Shown in pieces: positions 7,831-15,004 of a stretch of 35,591 nucleotides of DNA (positions are counted from its first letter, which is position 1; each line of letters starts with the position of its first letter). Origin of the DNA: a virus (lineage: Duplodnaviria; Caudoviricetes); the IMG/VR virus record IMGVR_UViG_3300025528_000019, positions 1-35,591 of that record; one strand, given 5' to 3'. The notes below the pieces were generated by a model. It searched no databases. It was not told where the DNA came from and worked only from the letters and a program-made list of their open reading frames with translations. The translations under genes and the position numbers were made by a program.

Positions 7831-8176
7831 GGTGGCCATTGTGGGGTCCCGGGACTACCCAGACCGGCTGGATGTGGAACAGCTGGTCCACCAGCTGGTG
7901 GAAGCCCACGGGCCGGGGGTGGTCATCATCAGCGGTGGGGCTCGAGGCCCAGACAGCTGGGCCGTGGAAGTGGCCAAGGACCTGGGCCTGGACACGGTGG
8001 TCCACCGGCCCGATTGGTCCCAGGGGAAGGGGGCTTGGTTCGACCGGGACGTGGCCATAGTCCGGGACGCTGACCTGGTCTATGCGTTCTGGGACGGGGT
8101 CAGCGATGGGACCCGGAACACCATTCACCTGGCCCGCTGGGCCGGATGCCTGGCCTACGTGTTCACCCCGGCTTGA
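7823..8176 (+). CDS. SLOG-family (YspA/DUF2493-like) nucleotide-binding protein
   Basis: VAIVGSRDY, IISGGARGPD, PDW...GKGA...R, AFWDGVSDGT. Confidence 0.8.
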   Translation: MLRVAIVGSRDYPDRLDVEQLVHQLVEAHGPGVVIISGGARGPDSWAVEVAKDLGLDTVVHRPDWSQGKGAWFDRDVAIVRDADLVYAFWDGVSDGTRNTIHLARWAGCLAYVFTPA

Positions 8177-8201
8177 CCCCGTCCACAAACTATGGTACAA
8201 T
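8173..8201 (+). promoter_or_regulatory. Sigma70-like promoter with a GTCCACAAA box and no downstream ORF
   Basis: TTGACC-17 nt-TACAAT with an extended -10 TG. Confidence 0.65.
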
Positions 8202-8349
8202 CGTTCTAGACGGACTGGGATGGCCGTCCCGGCCCGTTCCGCCCCCACCAGCTGGTCCCTGGTGGGGGCATTCCTATTTAACATTCTCCCACATAATGTT
8301 CAATTGGCCCGGCCATAAACCGTCCATCAAGGCCTCAGTGTAAAGCGAT

Positions 8350-8389
8350 GACCCCCGGAGCCGGCCTGTGCAGGCTGACACCGGGGGTC
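8350..8389. terminator. Hairpin between convergent transcription units
   Basis: GACCCCCGG...CCGGGGGTC stem, enclosed by TGTAAAGCG/CGCTTTACA; no clear U-tract. Confidence 0.4.
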
Positions 8390-8420
8390 TGACTGTGTAA
8401 ACCGGGAACGCTTTACAGGT

Positions 8421-8954
8421 CTACCGGGTCACCAGCGGCGCCACCACCACCGGGACCAGGACCCGGGTAAGGGGACCGTTCGGGACGTCCGGGGCGGTCA
8501 GCTCGAGGGTCCCCAGGCTGGTCCGCCGGTCAGCGGCGGTGTAGAACGTGATGCGGTAGCGGTCCCCCACCTGGGGGGCCAGGACGGCGTCCCGCGGGCC
8601 GGGCCCCGGGAACTCGATGAACCGCTGGCCCAGACCTGTCCCCCCGCAGCCGAGGAACCGCCAGGCGGACCAGCTCAGGGCCAGCTTGTCTACACACATA
8701 TAGGCGGCCTGGGGATTGTTCTGGGTCCAGACCAGCTTCAGGGTCCACTGGGCATAGGCGGGCTGAACGTCCGCAGCGGCCTTGTCCCCCTCGAGCGGCG
8801 GGACCTGGCCCGGGATGGCGTAGTCCAGGTGGTCCTGGGTGACCTGGCCGGGGGTGGGGGCTTCCTGGGCGGCGGCCGGGAGCTGGGCGGCCATCAGGGC
8901 CACCAGGAAGGCCAGGCCCGCAGCTGCTGTGAGCATGAACGTAGAAGCCTTCAT
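8421..8954 (-). CDS. Secreted or surface protein with a signal peptide
   Basis: AAGGAG RBS; MKAST...hydrophobic...AAAQ signal peptide; C-terminal TRVLVPVVV motif. Confidence 0.65.
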   Translation of the reverse strand: MKASTFMLTAAAGLAFLVALMAAQLPAAAQEAPTPGQVTQDHLDYAIPGQVPPLEGDKAAADVQPAYAQWTLKLVWTQNNPQAAYMCVDKLALSWSAWRFLGCGGTGLGQRFIEFPGPGPRDAVLAPQVGDRYRITFYTAADRRTSLGTLELTAPDVPNGPLTRVLVPVVVAPLVTR

Positions 8955-9014
8955 GTCGACACTCCTTGATCAGAGCGCCAGGCCTGGCGACCTGGCGCTG
9001 CGGTGGCTGCGGGC

Positions 9015-9368
9015 TCAGTACGCGAGCCCCGCCTCAATGAGCTGCTGCCTGACCTGCACGAGCAGGCGGGCGACGTCGGGCGCCTCGACGTTGAGCTCGC
9101 GCGCCGCGTCGCAGCCCGCGACAGCCTCGGCGAGCTTGCGGAGCGAGGCCCTCGCTTTCGCCTCGCTGTCGGCCAGCATGAGGATGAGCCCGTCGCTCGC
9201 CCTCACGACTTGCCAGGCCCCGCGGGCGATGTATGGCGCCCGCACGACTGCCGCGTTGAGGCGCTCGCCCTCGAGCATCCACCCGTCGACGACGAGCACA
9301 TCGGTCGTGCGGGCGCCGCGGAGCTGGATGGGCACCTTCACCCGCTTGAACCGCTTGAAGTTCGCCAT
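9015..9368 (-). CDS. Hypothetical protein on a small compositional island
   Basis: 117-aa ORF, GCGC/CGCG-rich, followed by the hairpin AGCGCCAGG...CCTGGCGCT (8973-8999). Confidence 0.55.
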   Translation of the reverse strand: MANFKRFKRVKVPIQLRGARTTDVLVVDGWMLEGERLNAAVVRAPYIARGAWQVVRASDGLILMLADSEAKARASLRKLAEAVAGCDAARELNVEAPDVARLLVQVRQQLIEAGLAY

Positions 9369-9384
9369 GCGAGAACCTGCCCTT

Positions 9385-9780
9385 CTACAGCAATCCCCCG
9401 CGTCTCAGCTCAGCTTCGACCACCGGGACCAGGTCCCGCTGGACATCCCCACACACCACGAAAAGCCCCCCCGCTGCCTGGACCCGGGCCCCGTAGGCCA
9501 GCTGGTCCGTGCTGGCCCGGCCACCGGGGGCCTTGATCTCGAGGGCCAGAAATCGGCCGGTGGGGAGGCATACCTGCCAGTCACTGGTCCCCTTCGGGGC
9601 CCCGTGAATGATGCCCTCCCCGTAGTAGTTGCGGAACACCCCCACGTTGGTCCTGACCACAACAGCCCCCAGGCCCTCGAGATACGCGATGGCCGCTTTG
9701 GTAACCTTGCTTTCGGGGGTTTGCTTGGACGTCTTGCGGGCCGGCTTTTTGTACTTGGGGTTGGGGTCAAACAGGCTCAC
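9385..9780 (-). CDS. VRR-NUC (PD-(D/E)xK) nuclease, possible Holliday junction resolvase
   Basis: PESKVTKAAIAYL, KGTSDW, FLALEIKAPGGRASTDQ. Confidence 0.85.
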   Translation of the reverse strand: MSLFDPNPKYKKPARKTSKQTPESKVTKAAIAYLEGLGAVVVRTNVGVFRNYYGEGIIHGAPKGTSDWQVCLPTGRFLALEIKAPGGRASTDQLAYGARVQAAGGLFVVCGDVQRDLVPVVEAELRRGGLL

Positions 9781-10313
9781 GCCACACCCCCCTCATCCTC
9801 GAGGGCGGGCTGGCCACCCAGCTGCTGGGCCTCTGGCAGCATAGGCGCCACCTGGACGGTCACCAGGGACATGTGGTCCTGGATTGCGGCCAGGCTGGAC
9901 TGAAGGGCCACGAACCGGTTGCGCCAGATGTGGGCCTGCTGGACCCAGTAGGCCACATCGTCCGTGACCAGGAAGTCCGGGGCCGCCCGGGTCCCCACCC
10001 GGTCAGCCAGGGCCTGGACCCGCTGGCGGAACGTGGCGTCCGTCTGGACCAGCTGGGACCCCTGCCGGATGGCGTTCATGGCCGTGGTGTGGTCCGTCCG
10101 GTACACGGCCCGGGCCAGCTGCTCGTAGGTGATGCTGGGGTCCCAGGTTCGTAGGACCAGGATGACGGCCCAGCGGGCCTGGGTAATTGCACGGGTCCGG
10201 CTGTCCCCCTCGAGCTGGCGCTGGGTGACCCCGAACAGGTCCTGGACCCCACTATAGAGGGCGTCCTGAACGCCCGGGGGGACGTTCAATTCTCGGTTGA
10301 ATGATGCGCTCAT
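9777..10313 (-). CDS. DnaA domain-IV-like HTH protein
   Basis: FGVTQRQLEGDSRTRAITQARWAVILVLR...TYEQLARAVYRTDHTTAMNA matches the DnaA C-terminal RDHTTV signature. Start at ATG 10313 after GGGGGA. Confidence 0.75.
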   Translation of the reverse strand: MSASFNRELNVPPGVQDALYSGVQDLFGVTQRQLEGDSRTRAITQARWAVILVLRTWDPSITYEQLARAVYRTDHTTAMNAIRQGSQLVQTDATFRQRVQALADRVGTRAAPDFLVTDDVAYWVQQAHIWRNRFVALQSSLAAIQDHMSLVTVQVAPMLPEAQQLGGQPALEDEGGVA

Positions 10314-10396
10314 GGGCGGTCCCCCGTCTAGGGCTGGGGGCGGGCCCATTTTGAACCTGGATTATACCAGGGATGAGCCCACCCCACCAGCCGGTG

Positions 10397-11236
10397 TTAC
10401 CTCTTCCGGCTCAGGATGCCGTTCGCGTCAACCTTCCATGGGCAGTAGCCGGACGGGTGAGCGTCATCCTTGGCCGTGCAGAAGGCGCCGCCCTTACCCT
10501 CTTTCATCGTCCGGGGCTGGCCGTCCCGGCCCTTGTGCTTGGGGCAGCAGGGCAAGCCCTCAGTGGGGTGGATGTAGGCCTGGGTCCCCACCAGGTGGTC
10601 CAGGGGGTCCTGGCCACCACCCTGCCCCCAGCGGCGGGCCGGGGCGGCCGGCTGGGCCGGCTGGGTGGCCACCACGTCAAACACCCCGGTGGCCGGTTCG
10701 ATCCCCCGCTGGGCCAGGACCTGGGTGATTTTCTCGAGCCGGTCCAGCTCGCTGTTCAGTAGCCGGAGGGTGGCTAACCCCTTGGTGTGGAGTTCCACCC
10801 GGTAGCCGTTCATCAGGATGGGGATGACGGCCCCCTCTGGGTAGCCCACGTTGTCAAAGTCCAGCGGTTCAGCGGCCTCGACCTGTTCCTTGGTTGGGAT
10901 GCCGTTGACGGCCATGTCTGTGTCCTTTCGTTTGGCCCCACAGGGCCGTTGACCTACCGGGACTGGGCCACCCCGCTGGTGGCCCGCTGTCCTACGCGTC
11001 AGGGCCGCGTATACCTCGAGCCGGGCCCGCCGGGCTTCCTCGAGCCGGGCCGGGTTCTCGCCGGCCTCTGCCCTCAGGTGGGTCCACAGGGTCCGGGCCC
11101 ACTCCACATCCCCATCCTGCCCGGCTTGCCGAAACTGGGCCAGCAGGCTGGCCCACTGCCGGTCCACCTGGTCCACCAGCCGGTCACTGGGCTGGTAGTA
11201 GCTGGACAGGTTCTGGGCTACGGTTGTAGTAGTCAT
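10397..11236 (-). CDS. Hypothetical protein with a C-terminal zinc finger; strong internal start at 10915
   Basis: First ORF after the leftward promoter; internal AAAGGA-ATG (MAVNGIPT); C-terminal CPKH...MKEGKGGAFC...GYC. Confidence 0.55.
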   Translation of the reverse strand: MTTTTVAQNLSSYYQPSDRLVDQVDRQWASLLAQFRQAGQDGDVEWARTLWTHLRAEAGENPARLEEARRARLEVYAALTRRTAGHQRGGPVPVGQRPCGAKRKDTDMAVNGIPTKEQVEAAEPLDFDNVGYPEGAVIPILMNGYRVELHTKGLATLRLLNSELDRLEKITQVLAQRGIEPATGVFDVVATQPAQPAAPARRWGQGGGQDPLDHLVGTQAYIHPTEGLPCCPKHKGRDGQPRTMKEGKGGAFCTAKDDAHPSGYCPWKVDANGILSRKR

Positions 11237-11276
11237 CGGTGGTCCCCCTCGAGCGTGTCACGTCCTGACACCACAG

Positions 11277-11319
11277 AGTATACACCCATTGTGGACGGAT
11301 GTCAACACCCAATGTGGAC
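11277..11319 (-). promoter_or_regulatory. Leftward sigma70 promoter of a divergent pair
   Basis: Minus strand TTGACA-TCCGTCCACAATGGGTG-TATACT, upstream GTCCACATT, 5' hairpin GTGTCA-GGACG-TGACAC. Confidence 0.8.
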
Positions 11320-11362
11320 TACGTGTGGGCCTGGTACCCGCCCCCTATAGTCCCCCTTGCAC

Positions 11363-11428
11363 GTCCACAAACCCTGTTGACAACAGTCCGCAATGGGTGT
11401 ATACTGTCTCTGCCGTGAGAGACACGGC
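11363..11428 (+). promoter_or_regulatory. Rightward sigma70 promoter of a divergent pair
   Basis: GTCCACAAA, TTGACA(11377)-ACAGTCCGCAATGGGTG-TATACT(11400-11405), then a GCCGTG-AGAGA-CACGGC hairpin. Confidence 0.8.
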
Positions 11429-11471
11429 GGGCCGGTGGGGGAACCGGCCCCTAGTGACCAAGGGGGACGAT

Positions 11472-11729
11472 ATGCGCTACCAGGACGGGGAAAGCGGGGC
11501 CTGGTTTGACCCGGACCACCGCTGTGCGGCCTGCCTGACGGGCCAGGCCCACAGCTTCCGGGTCCACCTGGGCAACATCGCTGCCACGGTGGCTAGCGAG
11601 GCCGTAGGGGGTGACCTGTGGGCCACCCGGGGCCAGCTGGACGTGGACCGCTGGGACCGAGTCCGGCGGGAAACGCTGGACCAGCTGTGGGGGTCCATCC
11701 CCACATACCGGACCCGTGACGGACGGTAG
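11472..11729 (+). CDS. Hypothetical protein with a CxxC/His motif
   Basis: AGGGGGA RBS; HRCAACLTGQAHSFRVH. Confidence 0.55.
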   Translation: MRYQDGESGAWFDPDHRCAACLTGQAHSFRVHLGNIAATVASEAVGGDLWATRGQLDVDRWDRVRRETLDQLWGSIPTYRTRDGR

Positions 11730-11743
11730 GCAGCCGGCCGTAG

Positions 11744-11761
11744 TGCAACCGTAGCTATAGG
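11744..11761 (+). promoter_or_regulatory. TGCAA-N6-CTATAGG motif (candidate phage-activated promoter)
   Basis: TGCAACCGTAGCTATAGG, intergenic and pointing at gene 11811. Confidence 0.45.
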
Positions 11762-11810
11762 ACAGGGGCCGGGAAGAGGAAGGCCGGCCCACTAACTCGA
11801 GGGGGACACG

Positions 11811-12308
11811 ATGACCGCTGATGACCTGATGATTGACGCCAACCAGGGGACCGTGGGGTTCAAGGCGTGGAGGCCGCTCCCGGCTGGGGGGTCGGTGACG
11901 ATTGACCTGACCCTCCCGGTGGGCTTTACGGACGATGACCTGGCCCGGGCCCTCGAGGATTGGCGCCGTATGCAGGGTCCGGCCCTGGCCGCCCTGGACA
12001 GCGTGGTGGGGAACATCTCCACCCCGGCGGCCTCGAGGGGGAACCCGGACCAGGTGGCCAGCTATGACCCCGGCTCGTTCGTGTTCCCGTTCGGGAAACA
12101 CAAGGGACAGACCGTGGCCGATGTCCACCAGCGTGGGCCCCGGGGCCGGGATGGTCGCAGCTATGTGGAGTGGGCCGCAGAGGCCATCCAGGACCCAGCG
12201 GTCCGGGACGCCTGCCGGGCCTACCTGGCCGCTCTGCCGGCCAAGGCCCGGCCGGCTGGGGACCCCGGCCCCCAGGACCCCGGCCAGGACGCTGACATCC
12301 CGTTCTAG
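11811..12308 (+). CDS. Protein with an FPFGKHKG (DUF3820/exonuclease-X C-terminal-like) domain and an SSB-like acidic tail
   Basis: FVFPFGKHKGQTVADV...SYVEWA; ends QDADIPF. Confidence 0.65.
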   Translation: MTADDLMIDANQGTVGFKAWRPLPAGGSVTIDLTLPVGFTDDDLARALEDWRRMQGPALAALDSVVGNISTPAASRGNPDQVASYDPGSFVFPFGKHKGQTVADVHQRGPRGRDGRSYVEWAAEAIQDPAVRDACRAYLAALPAKARPAGDPGPQDPGQDADIPF

Positions 12309-12334
12309 CCTGCCCCCGCAGCAGAGACAGGGCA

Positions 12335-12376
12335 AAACAGGACCCCCCAGCCCTTCACACGGGCCGGGGGGTTTCT
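12335..12376. terminator. Probable bidirectional intrinsic terminator
   Basis: ACCCCCCAGCCC...GGGCCGGGGGGT stem between convergent genes, with short T-runs on both strands. Confidence 0.6.
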
Positions 12377-12411
12377 GCATGGCCGGGGCCGGCTGGGGTG
12401 GCCCAGCGGCC

Positions 12412-13107
12412 CTATTTTGCGGGGGCCAGCTGGTCCAGGTGGATGAACCCCAGGTCCCACTGGTCCGGGGGCCGCCGGGCCATGTGGACCCATCCGCCCG
12501 GCTTGTGGACGTCCACCAGGACGCGGGTCCCCCTCGGCAGGGTCCCGGCCAGGGGGAACGAACAGTCCGGGCCCTGGTAGACCGGGGCGGCATCGGTGAT
12601 GACCACGTATTCATCCAGGCCGTCCCCGGGGTCCAGCTGGGCCAGGAACCATGTCATGGGGAACCCCCTGGGGTCGGACTTTCGGCCCCGGGGGACGGCC
12701 ACCTGGGCGTGGGTCAGGTAGTGCTGGATGGGCCACCGGGTCCGCAGGTCCCGGGCCAGGTCCACCAGGCTGTCCAGCTGGGCCTGTGGGTAGGGGTCCC
12801 TCCCGTCGTTCCGGTTTTCCAGCTCGACGCCAATGCTACAGGCGTTCAGGTTCGTCCGGCCCTGCCAGCTGGCCCGGCCCGCGTGCCAGGCCGTCAGGCT
12901 CTCTGGGGTCAGGGCATAGACCCGGCCCTGCTTGTCCACCAGGTAGTGGATTGACACCCGGCTGGTGGGGTTGCGGAACCAGGACAGGCTGGCCGCCGCT
13001 GACCCCACCGTGGCGTGTAGCAGCAGCACATCCACCGCGACCCCAGGCCGGCGGGGCTCGTGGTGGGCCACCCCCTTCAGGTTGAATGGTATGGCGCGGC
13101 TATACAT
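12412..13107 (-). CDS. Endolysin, N-acetylmuramoyl-L-alanine amidase (Amidase_2) with an SH3-like C-terminus
   Basis: LLLHATVG, SIHYLVDKQG, AWHAG, NACSIGVELEN, THAQVA...RKSDP. Start at ATG 13107 after GAAGGGGG. Confidence 0.9.
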   Translation of the reverse strand: MYSRAIPFNLKGVAHHEPRRPGVAVDVLLLHATVGSAAASLSWFRNPTSRVSIHYLVDKQGRVYALTPESLTAWHAGRASWQGRTNLNACSIGVELENRNDGRDPYPQAQLDSLVDLARDLRTRWPIQHYLTHAQVAVPRGRKSDPRGFPMTWFLAQLDPGDGLDEYVVITDAAPVYQGPDCSFPLAGTLPRGTRVLVDVHKPGGWVHMARRPPDQWDLGFIHLDQLAPAK

Positions 13108-13474
13108 CGGCGCCCCCTTCCCGGGGTCCCGCCCCATACAGTAGGACCGTCTCGAGACAGCCCCTGCTGCAGCAGATGACCAGGTCATCGTCTGGGCCAC
13201 CGTGGGCTGACCACCAGGCCCGCTGGGCGGCCAGACTGTCCGGCCAGGGCTTCCCGCAGCCGGTACATCTGTCCGGGGGCAGGACCAGGGCCAGGGCCGC
13301 CGGCTCTGCCGGCGGGAGCGTGGGGCCGTCCCCCTCCCCCTCGAGGGTCACCCCGTAGACCGGTTCCCCGGCCAGGCCCACAGCCCGGTCCACCAGGCGG
13401 GCCGTGGCCTCCACCAGCCGGGTGGCCAGGGCCAGGGCCACCAGGCTGGCCGCCATCCGCATTGCATCATTCAT
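13100..13474 (-). CDS. Hypothetical protein with a hydrophobic N-terminus and Cys pairs
   Basis: AASLVALALA..., CTGCG, CCSRGC; its stop overlaps the endolysin start. Start position uncertain. Confidence 0.5.
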   Translation of the reverse strand: MNDAMRMAASLVALALATRLVEATARLVDRAVGLAGEPVYGVTLEGEGDGPTLPPAEPAALALVLPPDRCTGCGKPWPDSLAAQRAWWSAHGGPDDDLVICCSRGCLETVLLYGAGPREGGADV

Positions 13475-13478
13475 CGCT

Positions 13479-13827
13479 TTACACTCCCGGCCAAAATCAT
13501 GACGGGCACGTTTATGGCAGTAGGATGCCACAAACCCCGTAATTCATGACGGGCATGTCGGGGGCATGTCGGGGGAATGACGCCCCCTGTCACGGCTGTT
13601 TATGGCTTTGATATGCCGTATAAAACGCTTTACATGACGGGCATGACGGGCAGTTCCACAAACTTTCCCCATGTATGTTTTTCCATACCCTCATAAGGGC
13701 TACTTTATGGAAACCCCGTCATGCCCGTCATGTAAAGAATATATAAGGCATACTAAAGGCTTAACCCCCCGTGACAGGGGACTGTCATGGCCCCGACATG
13801 CCCGACATTTTTTTAGGGGTTTAGGGC
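13479..13827 (+). repeat. Origin-like iteron element, copy A (inverted relative to 29851-30200)
   Basis: CATGACGGG at 13498, 13545, 13633, 13642; reverse copies at 13715, 13724; CATGTCGGG variants. Perfect 23-bp inverted repeat 13628-13650/13715-13737. AT-rich core. Confidence 0.9.
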
Positions 13828-13866
13828 ATTGGGACGGGCGATGTTGCCCCGTCATGCCCGGCCCGT

Positions 13867-14178
13867 CTACTGTAAGGGGTTTTTGCGCCCCTTCAGCCGG
13901 CCCTCGTACCAGGCCACGCTGGCGGCAGCCACCAGGCCGGCGGCCTGGACCACGCTGACGGGCCCCCGGGACAGGTCCCCGGTGGCGTACACGGTCAGGA
14001 AGCCGGCCGCCAGGCTGACCAGGACCACCAGGCCGTAGCGGGCCACGCTGGCCCACTGGCGCTGGTCCCCCTCGAGCCGGGACAGCAGGGCCGCCACCAG
14101 GTGGGGGACCAGGAAGCCCTCGAGCAGGGCCAGGGCCGCGGTGGCGTCCGCCGGGGTGAAGCTGAACTGGATGTCCAT
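13867..14178 (-). CDS. Putative holin
   Basis: AAAGGA RBS; three hydrophobic segments and a basic C-terminus; lies between the tail genes and the endolysin. Confidence 0.65.
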   Translation of the reverse strand: MDIQFSFTPADATAALALLEGFLVPHLVAALLSRLEGDQRQWASVARYGLVVLVSLAAGFLTVYATGDLSRGPVSVVQAAGLVAAASVAWYEGRLKGRKNPLQ

Positions 14179-14191
14179 GTGGTGGTCCTTT

Positions 14192-15004
14192 CTACTGGAA
14201 TAGCGGGGCGCCATATTCGTACAGCTCGGCGGCCAGCTCGTCCGGGAACGAAGCCCCAGCCGCACACACAAAGGCCATCGCTATGTCCCCATCGAGAAAA
14301 CCGAACGCTGTGCCCCCGCCTATTTCAAAGTCCCCGCTACTGTTGAAAATCGCGGCGGGGATGCCGGTGGTGTTTGTTGCTTTGACCCCATTGACGTGTA
14401 TAGACAATTCAACACTGGGGGTATAGCGGGCCAGGGCCAGGGTCCAGGCGCCGGGGACGGGTTCCGCTCCCGTTACGGATACGGCGGCGCCGCTGGTCCC
14501 GTCTGGGGTTACAAAGAACCGCCATGTGTCCGGGGTTCCGCTGACCACCCCCAGCGCGTAGGACCGCTGGTTACCGATCAGGTTCCACTTCCCTACTGCT
14601 AACCCGTTCGCTGTGACCCCATTCAGCCGGACCCAGGCCCCCAGGGTCAAACCGCCCGTAATGTTTAGCGGCGCTGCGTTTCCGCCAGCACGTGACAGCC
14701 GGCTGGTGGTCCCGTTCATAGTGCGGTAGGGGATGCGGTTGTTATGCAGACCGAGCGATGCGTTCGTATTTGCCAGCGTCATCCCGTTTCCGCTGTTGTC
14801 CAGGATGCCGATACTGGCGTCTGTAGCGGCCATCAGCCACAGCCCGCGCAGAGACGGCAAGGCCAGCAAGCGGGCCACATAGGCCCCAAACTGATTTATT
14901 GCTCGCTCGGGGGCGGCATGTTGCGGGCGCCGGTTCAGCTCCCCTACCTGGTTTCGTAGGCTGGCCAGCTCGGCGGCTATCTTGTCCAGATAGGGGTCTC
15001 TCAT
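14192..15004 (-). CDS. Tail/receptor-binding protein with a LamG/ConA-like domain
   Basis: N-terminal coiled coil; GLWLM, LDNSGNG, GLTLGAWVR, W...LARY...IHVNG, IGG...FLDGDI. Confidence 0.7.
   Translation of the reverse strand: MRDPYLDKIAAELASLRNQVGELNRRPQHAAPERAINQFGAYVARLLALPSLRGLWLMAATDASIGILDNSGNGMTLANTNASLGLHNNRIPYRTMNGTTSRLSRAGGNAAPLNITGGLTLGAWVRLNGVTANGLAVGKWNLIGNQRSYALGVVSGTPDTWRFFVTPDGTSGAAVSVTGAEPVPGAWTLALARYTPSVELSIHVNGVKATNTTGIPAAIFNSSGDFEIGGGTAFGFLDGDIAMAFVCAAGASFPDELAAELYEYGAPLFQ

Noticed and set aside
13479-13856. CRISPR array or transposon end
   Set aside because: The repeats are 9-bp iterons in both orientations without unique spacers; no cas or transposase gene is recognisable.
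13671-13958. Apparently duplicated METPSCPSCKEY 'zinc-finger' ORFs (also the N-terminus of 29153..29971)
   Set aside because: They are translations of the CCCGTCATG iterons in the inverted repeats; terS has a better start at 29581.
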